64,000 bases of DNA, taken from assembly GCA_963843555.1 (NCBI GenBank), contig CAWJKV010000003.1, positions 192,001 to 256,000 on the forward strand. The letters run 5' to 3'. This document shows, in pieces, positions 42,608-52,698 of this stretch. Position 1 is the first letter of the stretch, and the number at the start of each line of letters is the position of its first letter. This stretch comes from an uncultured Methanosarcinales archaeon. GTDB taxonomy: Archaea > Halobacteriota > Methanosarcinia > Methanotrichales > Methanotrichaceae. The translations under genes were made by a program, and so were the position numbers. The notes beneath the pieces are model-generated. The model was not told where the DNA came from. It saw nothing but the letters and a program-made list of their open reading frames with translations, and searched no databases.

Positions 42608-43153
42608 ATGAAGTTCTTTTATTTATATATCTGTATCTTATTCGCAATCGTTACATCCACAGCCGTAGCAGATGAGTCAACTCTGGGGTCATTTTCCGAG
42701 AATGAGAGTTCAGGGAATATGTTGCTTGCCAATGATACTGGAAAGCTAATAAACGAATCAAGATCGATTCTCGAGGGGTTGGAGTCGTCGAATGCACCCT
42801 CCAAAGGAGGAAAGCTATTCGTGATAGGCGAGGTTGCCCTATCTCTGGCCTCGAAAAATCTGGATAGACTGTCCAACGATCCGGCTTTAAAGATCGAAAC
42901 CGGAGAATTCACGGAGCTGTACAGCGAAATGAGTTCTGCCTTCGGAATAAAAAAAATTCCTATTCAATTCATCAAGTACGAACCCCAGGAAAGACAAATA
43001 TCCATAGATAATAACTTTTCTTCAGAAATCGGGCCTATTAACATCATAATTCAGGATCAACTTGAACCAAATCCTACCACGTTTTTTATGTATGATATTT
43101 CAAATGGGCACAGAGAAGCCTCCGGTGGAGTTGAAGTTATATGGGATTATTAG
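42608..43153 (+). CDS. Secreted hypothetical protein
   Basis: MKFFYLYICILFAIVTSTAVA signal peptide. Confidence 0.72.
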   Translation: MKFFYLYICILFAIVTSTAVADESTLGSFSENESSGNMLLANDTGKLINESRSILEGLESSNAPSKGGKLFVIGEVALSLASKNLDRLSNDPALKIETGEFTELYSEMSSAFGIKKIPIQFIKYEPQERQISIDNNFSSEIGPINIIIQDQLEPNPTTFFMYDISNGHREASGGVEVIWDY

Positions 43154-43164
43154 GATGCTTGCCA

Positions 43165-44049
43165 ATGATGCAGGATCTCAGGGTGCAGGTGCTGGTCATG
43201 GTCCTGATATTTGCCATCTCCATTGCGTCGGGTGACGTCAGTCTTCAGAACAGCTATTATACCACAGGCAGCGATAGCCGCGAACAAATATACTTGCATG
43301 AAATGGATTATTCAAATTCAGCGAGTGTTTCTTCAATCTCGTATTATGCCAGTTCACAAGCCAGTCCTGCGAATCAATCCAAGGATAGCAGTTTTGAAGA
43401 TGCTGCCTATATGCATTCAATTGATGGAGCGCAAGGTGCAAGCCTTAAAATCGATGCTGAGGATCCGGAATACTCTCGATCGATAAGTGGCGGCGAATCC
43501 AATTCAATAACGTTCTCCTATTCTAATGGACCTGGCATTGTCCAGGCGGATTACTTTACGCCTTCTACTAAATATAGCGAAGACATTTCCCTTATCAATA
43601 GCACATATTATGCTGACTTTGGCGTATACGATTCAAATTCGCATTCCTATGGGATCGGAGACTCTATGGGCGATAATCAGAGCAGCTTTAAACAAGATAT
43701 TTATATGGCGTTTTCGGATAAATTTTGTAGCATAAAAACTGTCTTGAACACAGGTAGTAAAAACAACGGAACCAATCCAGTGAATTACACCTGGGATGCC
43801 TTCAGCGGTCAGAGGCAATATGCTTATGCTGGGACAAATCTGCAAGTCTTTCCAGGTAATAGAACCGTCGAATTCTGGATTGATGGCACAAGCTCTATAT
43901 TGGAGGATAAATTTTCCCCGGACAAGAAAAATGATACATATCCTGCCAAATTCGATAAGGATGGATATTTAGTATTAAAAAATAATAGTTTGACACGAGT
44001 ATCAAGCAAGACCATCCTCATGCAGTATCGGCTGAACCAAACAAGCTAG
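43165..44049 (+). CDS. Secreted Ser/Tyr-rich beta-rich hypothetical protein
   Basis: Signal peptide ending in ASG; long ORF directly after the previous gene. Confidence 0.75.
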   Translation: MMQDLRVQVLVMVLIFAISIASGDVSLQNSYYTTGSDSREQIYLHEMDYSNSASVSSISYYASSQASPANQSKDSSFEDAAYMHSIDGAQGASLKIDAEDPEYSRSISGGESNSITFSYSNGPGIVQADYFTPSTKYSEDISLINSTYYADFGVYDSNSHSYGIGDSMGDNQSSFKQDIYMAFSDKFCSIKTVLNTGSKNNGTNPVNYTWDAFSGQRQYAYAGTNLQVFPGNRTVEFWIDGTSSILEDKFSPDKKNDTYPAKFDKDGYLVLKNNSLTRVSSKTILMQYRLNQTS

Positions 44050-44305
44050 ATGTGATAATTCTTTAAATCAAATTTGGCGTGCTGCCCTGCCCCGCCTGAG
44101 AATAAGGTATGATCGGGCGCACACCCAGTTTTCAGGAACTCAGCAGGCCTCGAGTCTTCGTTTGCCCAGATCCCCTTGAATCACATCTTAGCCATAGGTG
44201 GATGGCACCGTCTGTGGCTTAGGTGCGAAATAACAACCACATTTTTTTGAAAAGATGAATGGTTTGTAGATCTCGGATAGCGTAAAAGAACGTGGGGGGA
44301 GAGGG

Positions 44306-45322
44306 TCATGATGTAATAATTCTCACGCAATAGTCTTCCACCTCTCCATCGGGTGCCAGCCCGTCGAAGGACAATCCTTTTTCACTGCTGAAGCGGAAAC
44401 GGGAATAGGTATCGCCTTGCAACGCCTTTGCCGGAACAATAAAGGAAACATGATTGATGCCGATATCCAGGTCCAGGTCGGAGAAGATCTTCTCCTCCCC
44501 GTCGGCCCAATCGCCATCTCCGTTAAAATCCATCCAGGCATTCAGAAAACCAGGGCATGAAGCAGTTATTTCGATGAGAGCCTTCGCTCCAGGATGGAGG
44601 GGCCCTGCAAAAGCGACGCCGTCTTCGTCATCAGTCTCATTGATATCATCCCCTGCAGCATTTGCGTGCGGCTGTCCATCCAATTCGGCATCAATTTTTT
44701 TGCCTATATAAATGCCGGGCACGATCAGATGTCTCGCACCCCGGGAAGCCAGAAGCGTGTGATACTGCGGATCCGGGGCATCCCCGAAGTCCCACTTTCC
44801 TTCAGTTAGAATTATGGTATATTCGTAAAGTTCGGTGTCATTTATTGTTCTCAGTTCGTGGGGCTCTTCTAGCGTCTCATTCGATAAGTCACCCGACCTT
44901 TCACTTATTAATGGAAAATTCATTTTGCAGAAGACTATTCCTGGTTTATCATCATCTTTGCTTCTGATTTCATCAACGACTTTAATGATATCTTCAGGGA
45001 TGTTGCTCTCTGTCACTACCGGACCACTAACTTCTATTATCGCCATTTCGCTGATATCCAAATCATTCACTCCAGCCTCTTGCACTATGTGTTGGACTAT
45101 GAAGACGTCATCATAAGGGGCACCTGCTACCTGTATGCTATTTTGCAGACCAGGAGAAACGTCATTTGCACTCACTTCCTGGCTGATGCTCTGCATGATC
45201 CAGCTCCCGGTTGCCAGTGGCATTGCGAGACAAAATAATATGAACGCAGCACACAATATTGATCTAATGGTGAACCTCATTTGGATAATCCTCTGGAGGA
45301 TGATAATTTTTTGGGGATACAT
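44306..45322 (-). CDS. Secreted GEVED domain protein
   Basis: DFGDAP, GARH, DDEDGV, LNAWMDFNGDGDW, TY.RFR, GEVEDY. Confidence 0.92.
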   Translation of the reverse strand: MYPQKIIILQRIIQMRFTIRSILCAAFILFCLAMPLATGSWIMQSISQEVSANDVSPGLQNSIQVAGAPYDDVFIVQHIVQEAGVNDLDISEMAIIEVSGPVVTESNIPEDIIKVVDEIRSKDDDKPGIVFCKMNFPLISERSGDLSNETLEEPHELRTINDTELYEYTIILTEGKWDFGDAPDPQYHTLLASRGARHLIVPGIYIGKKIDAELDGQPHANAAGDDINETDDEDGVAFAGPLHPGAKALIEITASCPGFLNAWMDFNGDGDWADGEEKIFSDLDLDIGINHVSFIVPAKALQGDTYSRFRFSSEKGLSFDGLAPDGEVEDYCVRIITS

Positions 45323-45525
45323 TTACTATGATGAGAGATCTTTTTGGCGTATAAATGGTACGGAATATTGAGACCTGAGATGTGATCAATATTTCGGATC
45401 AGTAATTGGTATGTCTTATCAAATCGCACCATCATTCTAATAGAAAGGAATTTAACGAGGAGCAGCCCAATTTATCTAGAAATTGGCGTCATAAAGCAAT
45501 ATTAAGAAAGCAAGGACGATGATAT

Positions 45526-46515
45526 ATGTCAGAACTCAAATTGATAGCCGGGAGCAATATACGGGCGTTTTGCATAATTATAATAGCGATGACTATCCTT
45601 TGTGCATCTGCAAGCGCTGAATGCTCTCCCTGCACCTTTGTGAATAATTGGATAAAGGAAACGATCAACAGGATCCTTCCAGGTGATTCCCAACCTGACA
45701 AGGAGATGACTTTTGCAGCCAGTTCAGAGATCTTGGAGGTAAAATCGGCTACACCAGAGAGTTCCTCTCAGAGCGAATTGGCCAATGACATGCTGGTGCC
45801 TGTTTCCGGAGTCGGCAAAGATGACATAATCCTCGATGTAAGCGAAAATACAAAATCCTACATACCCGGTGCAATTCATATTTCGTATGTGAATTTTATA
45901 GATAATAACAATACAGCTCAGATCAAGACTCTGCCGGAAATTGCCAAGATCCTGGGAGATGCAGGCATTGGAAGCAGCGATTCTGTGGTCGTATACGGCG
46001 AATGTAAGCCCTGTGGGGGAGGGCCCTCGGCAACATCCTATGTTTACTGGCTGCTTCGCTACATCGGCCACGATAAAGTCAAAGTGCTGGATGGTGGGAT
46101 CGATGCCTGGACTGGGGCAGGAATGCCCGTTGAGAATTCTTCGTCTGTCAGGCCGGCCACAACTTATTCACCCTCTCTGAGACCGGAACTGTATGCGACA
46201 TATGATTATGTCAAGAGCGGGGCCGCTCAGATAGTTGATGCCAGGTCCGCCCGGGAGTTCGAGTCCAGAACGATACCTGGTGCCATCAACATTCCCTACG
46301 ATGAGGTATTGAAAGGAAAGATGTTCAAGGATAGGGCCGGGATTGAGGATGTCTTCCGCAATTTGACGAGCGATAAACCTGTGGTTGTATTTACCACGAC
46401 GGGCACCAAAGCGTCCCTGGCATGGTTCGCTCTTATGATGACGGGCCATGATGCCAAGATGTACACATGGCGCGATTGGATCAAGAGCAATAGTACGAGG
46501 ACGAGCACAGGATGA
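45526..46515 (+). CDS. Secreted tandem rhodanese-domain protein lacking the canonical catalytic Cys
   Basis: Signal peptide; YIPGAIHI, VKVLDGG..AW, IVDARS..EF...IPGAINIP; C-terminal loop reads FTTTGTKA. Confidence 0.88.
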   Translation: MSELKLIAGSNIRAFCIIIIAMTILCASASAECSPCTFVNNWIKETINRILPGDSQPDKEMTFAASSEILEVKSATPESSSQSELANDMLVPVSGVGKDDIILDVSENTKSYIPGAIHISYVNFIDNNNTAQIKTLPEIAKILGDAGIGSSDSVVVYGECKPCGGGPSATSYVYWLLRYIGHDKVKVLDGGIDAWTGAGMPVENSSSVRPATTYSPSLRPELYATYDYVKSGAAQIVDARSAREFESRTIPGAINIPYDEVLKGKMFKDRAGIEDVFRNLTSDKPVVVFTTTGTKASLAWFALMMTGHDAKMYTWRDWIKSNSTRTSTG

Positions 46516-46625
46516 ATCAATCTTAACCTGTCTAATTAATAAAATATATTTTTTTATTTTCATTTATTTCATTGTCCTGTTCTTTTCGCCAATAGTTTTA
46601 TGCTTTATGCCTCTATCCTATTTCT

Positions 46626-48026
46626 ATGAGAATTATTTCAGCGGAAGAGATGCAGGCCCTTGATTCTAATTGCAGGTATTTTGGCCTGCTTCCTCTCCAG
46701 CTCATGGAGAATGCAGGTGCGGCTTTAGCTCGCGAGGTGATGGGGCAAAGATCGGGAAAGAGGATCAAAATTGTCGCCGGCCGGGGCAATAACGGCGGCG
46801 ATGCCTTCGTCGCCGCGCGCCATCTGGTCGGCCTCGATGTAACGGTCTATCTTCTGGGCCGTATCCCGGGATATCATCCACAGAAGAGGCGAAGAGGAAC
46901 TGGGAAATTCTGGAGAAGATGGACTACGATCTGCAGGAGATAAAGGACCCCATGGATATGTCGTTGGGGGAATGCGACCTGATCGTAGATGCCATTTTCG
47001 GAACGGGCGTGCGAGGCAGCGTCAAGGGACTGGAGGCCGGGGCAATCGATGCCATCAACTCCTCAGGAAAAACCGTGATCTCTGTGGATGTTCCGAGCGG
47101 TCTGGGCACCAATAAGGTCGTGCGGGCTGATGTTGTCGTAACATTTCACCGGCCCAAGCCCGATATGACCGGCAATGTCGTGGTTGCGGATATAGGCATA
47201 CCACCTAGCGCGGAGTTCTTTGTGGGACCGGGCGATCTATGGCTGATGGGAAAAAGGACTCCCGGAGAGCCACAAGGGAGACAGCGGCAGGATTCTGGTA
47301 ATTGGCGGCGGGCCATACACCGGCGCTCCGGCACTCTCGGCCCTGGCGGCTCTGCGGGCCGGAGCGGACATTGTCACTGTGGCCGCGCCCAGGACTGCAG
47401 CCAGGACCATCTCAGGCTATTCTCCCAACTTGATCGTTCAGGAGCTGTCGGCAGATCACCTCTGTCCTGAAGACATGACAGTTCTCAAGGAGCAGATCGC
47501 CAGGCATGATGTGGTGGTCATGGGCATGGGACTGGGAAGGCATCCGGAGACGATGGCAGCATTGGCCCAGATAATTCCTCTCGGCCAAGAAGTCGTCATC
47601 GATGCCGATGCCCTGCAGCCGGATCTTCCTCTGAAGGGCATTGTGACGCCTCATGCAGGCGAGTTTAAGAGAATCAGCGGCATCTCTCTGGTCGATCTGG
47701 ACTACCGGGAGCGAGTAGAGCCGCTGAAGGGCTATGCCCGCGAGAAGGGTCTGGTGGTTCTGCTCAAGGGGAAGGTCGATCTGATCTCGGATGGAGAGGT
47801 GGTGCGGGCCAATACCACAGGAAATCCAGGCATGACCGTTGGCGGAACGGGAGACGTTCTGGCCGGAGTTACAGCCGCTTTTTACGCTCGAACCTCCGCC
47901 CTACGGGCCGCGACTGCTGCAGCATTCGTCAACGGAAGGGCAGGCGATCTGGTCTACACGGAATTGGACTTTGGCATGGTGGCCACCGATGTGATCGAGA
48001 AGATTCCCCAGGCAATGAGGCTGTGA
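46626..48026 (+). CDS. nnr: Bifunctional NAD(P)HX epimerase/dehydratase (frameshifted)
   Basis: LMENAG, GRGNNGGD, VDAIFGTG, VDVPSG, DADAL, TPHAGEF, GNPGMTVGGTGDVLAG. Confidence 0.93.
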
Positions 48027-48030
48027 GACC

Positions 48031-48504
48031 TTGACCGATGATGGAGAAGCTGGCCGGAATGGTGGATATCACTGCCAAGCCGCCTCTTTTCAGGAAAGGC
48101 CACCGCCACGGGCACAATCCGGCTCAAGAGAGTCCACAATCGAGGCCATAAAAGCCGGGCAGGTGAAGAAAGGAGACGTCCTCGGCACGGCCAGGCTCGC
48201 TGCCATCCTGGCAGTCAAGGACACGCCCCGTTTGATTCCCACTCTGCCATCCCATCCCCATCACCGGGCTGGAGGTGAACTTCGAGCTGGAGGGGAGAGA
48301 GTGCGGGCCACAGTCACTGTGACATCAGTGGGCAAGACGGGCGTGGAGATGGAGGCCCTGACAGGGGTGGCCGTAGCGTTGCTCAATGTCTGGGATATGG
48401 TCAAGTACCTGGAGAAGGACGAGACGGGAAACTATCCGGAGACGGAGATAGAGGAAATCCGGGTGTTGCAGAAAAAGAAAGTGCGCAAAAGAATTGAGCC
48501 ATGA
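48031..48504 (+). CDS. moaC: Cyclic pyranopterin monophosphate synthase (frameshifted)
   Basis: MVDITAK (alternative frame), KKGDVL..ARLA.I.AVK.T..LIP, KTGVEMEAL, WDMVK..EKD. Confidence 0.92.
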   Translation: MTDDGEAGRNGGYHCQAASFQERPPPRAQSGSRESTIEAIKAGQVKKGDVLGTARLAAILAVKDTPRLIPTLPSHPHHRAGGELRAGGERVRATVTVTSVGKTGVEMEALTGVAVALLNVWDMVKYLEKDETGNYPETEIEEIRVLQKKKVRKRIEP

Positions 48505-48602
48505 GTTCTTTCACAGCATCTCTTGTCCTGCAGCAAGATCTGGCAGCTTCTCGCCTGACTCCGATCAGACATGATGATTATCAACAGTGTCTATGAACAA
48601 GG

Positions 48603-48841
48603 TCAATTCAAGAGCTGAGTAAACTCCTCTCTTGACATATTTGCTTGCTGAAGAATCGATAATAGCACGCCTTTTGGCATCTTATCCCTTTTTGGAATTA
48701 TGACCAAAGCTTTCGTCCCTTCTCATCGAGCTTAAAAAGCGCCGTATGACTACCTTTTCCTCTCTTGGGTGCGATATCGAATCCCGCCTTTCGAAGGGCT
48801 TTGATAATCTCCTGCGAGGAAAGAGCGGGGAGCCTCGTTAT
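48603..48841 (-). pseudogene. hicA: HicA toxin with a lost start codon (ATA) and one frameshift
   Basis: Manual translation: ITRLPALSSQEIIKALRKAGF...RGKGSH.../LVIIPKRDKMPKGVLLSILQQANMSREEF. Confidence 0.75.
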
Positions 48842-49074
48842 GCGAATACCTCTATCTGGGCGGTGAATTTGTGGGATGAGTTCAGGGCAGCATTAAGATC
48901 TTCCAGCATCCCCAACTCCTTTGCATTTTCCAAATAAAGCTCCACAGCCTCCTTCAGGTTGCACAGGGCCTCATCTGGGGTGTCGCCACAGCTTGCGACT
49001 CCCGTTTCCGGAGACTTGGCTACGTAGACTCCCTCCTCTTCCCAAATTGTAGCCGCCAAGCTTAGTTTCTTCAT
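48838..49074 (-). CDS. hicB: HicB family antitoxin
   Basis: IWEEEGVYVA..PE.GVASCGDT.DEAL.NLKEAVELYLE. Confidence 0.9.
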   Translation of the reverse strand: MKKLSLAATIWEEEGVYVAKSPETGVASCGDTPDEALCNLKEAVELYLENAKELGMLEDLNAALNSSHKFTAQIEVFA

Positions 49075-49211
49075 CCTTACCGACCTCGTTTACACATTGG
49101 AATAATTATAGACACTCTAGCTTCTTCAATCCTTCGCATTGCTTGATCCTAAATCCTCAAAATCGATCCATATGAATACAATTAAGGTTCCGCCTTAGAT
49201 TGGTAAAGCAC

Positions 49212-50553
49212 TCAGGCTTTTATCCCAAACTCCGGCAGCCTCTCTCTCGCCGCCTCGCGGGCCTGCTGGTGCTCGCGCAGGAATCTTTCGATTCTCTCCG
49301 CCACATCCTTCTTGCAGGTTCCGCACATGCGCCTGCCGCTGCGGCATTCTGCGTCCAGCTCCAGGAGTTCTTTGTCGTCGTCAGAGAGATGGAAGACCAG
49401 AAACTCGTAGATGGAGCACTTTTCCGGCTCGCCTCCCAGCTTCTTTTGCTCTGCCAGGCTCTGTCGGCCACCTGTGATGGCCCGCATGATCTTCTTGGCC
49501 GCCTCTTTGGGATCTTCCGTCAGAGCGATATGGCTCTCCGGCTTGGAGGAGGACATCTTTCCTCCGGTCAGGCCCGTCATGAACCGGTGGTAGATGGAGG
49601 CAGGAGGTATGAAGCCGTAATGCCCATGCTCAATTTCCAATTTTATTATGAGCCGGTCGATCTGCTTCCAGAAGACGCATCTGATGCCAGGCCATTCATC
49701 GATCTCGGAGATCTCTGTGACATCGATGTGCTCCTCGTACCGCTTCACCCTTCCCAATCCCATTTCCTTCAGGGCCGATTCCGCCGCCTGCATCAGCTCC
49801 TGGCTGGCCGCTTTGCCCCGGATGCTGATGTAATCTTCTCGTCAGCTCCACCAGAAACTTTCTCATGCGATAGGCCAGGTCGCGGGTGAGCTTGATATGA
49901 GGATCTTGATCAGCCCCTACCGGGATGACGACTGGCTTTGGTCCGCCGAATTCCTCTAATTGAGGATGAAGGATGTCTGCACTCTGGGCCATGACGCTCT
50001 CCATGTGAGAGATATGGGTCTCGCCGGAAAATCCATAGATGGCACTGACCTCGGAGAAGTTGGCCTCTCTGCCCAGCTCAAAGGCCAGATTCCTCATCTT
50101 GTAGTTCTCCGACTGGAAGTAGATATGGCTGTTCTCTTTTGGCTCAAAGCCCAGGGCGATGAGGCTGAGGATATACTCGTTGATGCCCAGGATTCTGCAT
50201 TTCTCCCAGCTTATGCCCCGCACGGCATGAGCTTCCATATCGGCGATAGCTGCAAAAGCGTCCCCTCCCTGCTGCTGGTGCCAGATGATCTCGTTCATGA
50301 CCATCATGTGGCCGAAATGAGCTCTGCCGGAGGGCATGAAGCCGCTCATGACGGCAAAGGGCTCATGCCTTTGCATGGCACGAAGAACTGAGTCGTAGTT
50401 TCTGTGGCCGAAGATGATCTTGCGCGCCATGTAGGGATGAGGCTCTTTAAGCTCGGGAAGGATATCATCAAAGCTCGATATGCCAAACTCCTCAAAGAGC
50501 TTGGTGTAATCGTCTACATGAACTGCGCCCCAGGGATCAAGCTTCAATTCCAT
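49212..50553 (-). CDS. trpS: Tryptophan--tRNA ligase (frameshift near 49840, almost certainly an error)
   Basis: LDPWG, SGFMPSG..HFGH, VPVG.DQDPH-like motif, GGKMSSS, CG.CKK. Confidence 0.95.
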
Positions 50554-51015
50554 GGCCCAAGGGAGTGAAAACGATGATATATCTATCTTCTCATTGTTAT
50601 TTTGAGGCTTGATCCCTGTCATAGTCAAGATTGAAATAGCAATATTATTAAGTGTATCTTTATGCGCGACTGGTCAGTAATATATTCTAGCATTATTTCA
50701 TAATATCTATGCTACCTGTATCATTCCAATATTATTACTGTATTATTATAATATTATTTGATATTTTCCTATATTATATTATCTATTACAGATATTTATG
50801 AATGATATTCACCCCCCTTACGAATGAGCAGGTCGAGAATTCCATTTTTTTGGATCTATGAATTGAAAGATATATTATCATTATGCTGAAGGAATATCTT
50901 TACGCAGTTGCATATTTATAGCATAATCTTAGGCTCAAGAAACAATAAGTAGTCGAGAAATAAACTATTTATATCATAGGGTATTTGTTATATCTAAAAA
51001 TAGAATGAGGTCGTT

Positions 51016-51411
51016 ATGAGACAATTCTCTGTAAAAGTTCTGGATGATGCAGACAGGGAGTTCGTAGAGGTTCTGCGAGAACTCAGCATTCCCAGAAATG
51101 TGGCCAGTATGATCACCTATCTAGCCAATGTGGAGGAGGCCACCTCTCGGGAGATAGAGATCGGCTCGAACCTGCGTCAACCAGAGGTGAGCATTGCTAT
51201 GCGCACGCTGCGCAACAACAACTGGGTGGAGGAAAGAGAGATCAAGAAGGACGGAAAAGGCCGGCCCATGAAGGTCTACAGGCTTACTATATCCTTAGAC
51301 GAGATCATAAAGCACTTTGAGGATGAGAAGCGAAAAGAGTCGGCCAAGACCCAGGAGAGCATCGAAAAGCTCAAGGAGCTAAGTCGGGGCTTGAGCGTAA
51401 CGCCAACATAA
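51016..51411 (+). CDS. Winged-helix transcriptional regulator, methanogen ArsR-like family
   Basis: PRNVA..I.YL....EATSREIE....LRQPEVS.AMR...GKGRP.K.Y.L. Confidence 0.88.
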   Translation: MRQFSVKVLDDADREFVEVLRELSIPRNVASMITYLANVEEATSREIEIGSNLRQPEVSIAMRTLRNNNWVEEREIKKDGKGRPMKVYRLTISLDEIIKHFEDEKRKESAKTQESIEKLKELSRGLSVTPT

Positions 51412-51543
51412 TGCAAAGCAAAATAGCAAAAATGTAATGAGAATTTCTAAGAGATGAGATGGCAAAAAGGCATCCCATCTCCATAATCGTTCCTGTGCTT
51501 CATGAGAGCTCTGCTTTGGCCAGCGATAAACACTACGAAGGAT

Positions 51544-51666
51544 TTATTTCTCTTCTTCTCCCCTACCCCGGAGGTCATCGAGGTTCTCTTCCATGAGCTT
51601 CTTGCTTTTGGTCTCTTCCTTTTTGCCACCCTTTCTCTCGGTATTTCTTTTCTTAAAATCAGCCAA
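51544..51666 (-). CDS. Putative 40-aa highly charged small protein
   Basis: AGGTGAG RBS followed by TTG; MADFKKRNTERKGGKKEETKSKKLMEENLDDLRGRGEEEK*. Confidence 0.45.
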   Translation of the reverse strand: MADFKKRNTERKGGKKEETKSKKLMEENLDDLRGRGEEEK

Positions 51667-51716
51667 GAATCTCACCTATATCTCATCCACTCCGGGAACT
51701 GTAATTAACCTTTCCA

Positions 51717-52654
51717 TCATTCTTCCATCACTGCCAAATAGGCCCACTGGTCATAAATTCCCCTGGAGTCGCGATTATCGATTACCCTGCCCTTCCAGCC
51801 GGCTTCCCCAAGCGCCTTCGCGATGAGTTCCGCTTCTTTTTGCGTGTAAACGGTAAATAGAACCCTCTTTTTCGCGAGGCTGGAGGCTTTGAGGAGAATG
51901 TCCCTCCAGAGAGGCCAGTTGAAATCATCTATCAGTCCCACCATGAATCCCAGAACGGTATGAAACGACCGGGCTGGAAAGATGTCGGGCAAGAGCCTGG
52001 CATCCAGGACGAAGCATCTTTTGGGATCCAAAAGTTCGCTCTTCAAGGACCAGGCACAGATCGCAGCGATCGGAGTCCATGGAGAGAGGATGCTGCCCCA
52101 GGCGAACAAGCGCCTGTGTGGCCATGCCGCTGCCGCAGCAGATCTCCAGGATGCTTTCATCTTTGGGCAGTATCGGTTGCAGGAAAGCTGATTAGCCTCT
52201 CGATTCTCTCTTCTACGTAAAGAGGCGCTCCTTTCAGAGAGCAGCTCTCGCAGAAAAGCTCTCCTGCCAGAGAATTGGAAAAGTATTCCGTCAGAGCCAG
52301 GAAAAAATCGTCCTCATTTGCCTGCACCGTCTTGATGATCTTCGATCTCCATTTCCCGGCATGATCCTGCAAAATTTTGCGGGAGGAATATTTATCCGTC
52401 AGCAGCAGCCAGAACTCTGCCGGCTCGGATAGGTGCAGGGCAAAGCCCAGATCTTTGATCTCGATGCAGGCATCTGCATCCAGCCCCTCCTGCAGTATCT
52501 CGGTAGTGACGGGCAGCTCCAGCAGATCTTGCCAGGACTCTTCTGCGAGAAATATACTCTCCTCTTCTCCCAGGTCCAGTAGACGATTTAGTAGCACGAG
52601 ACCCATCTCTTTTGGCCCCCGGAATATCAAGCTTCTCACTTCATGCCGCCTCAT
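51717..52654 (-). CDS. Putative SAM-dependent methyltransferase-like protein (frameshifted)
   Basis: ILEICCGSGMATQAL glycine-rich motif across frames; C-terminal F.TVLGFMVG. Confidence 0.65.
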
Positions 52655-52698
52655 GCCGCCGGAACAGATATATTATATTCCTGGCAAAATGGGGCTGT

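Noticed and set aside
50630..51015. Possible replication origin
   Set aside because: No orc1/cdc6 gene nearby and no recognisable ORB boxes with G-strings.
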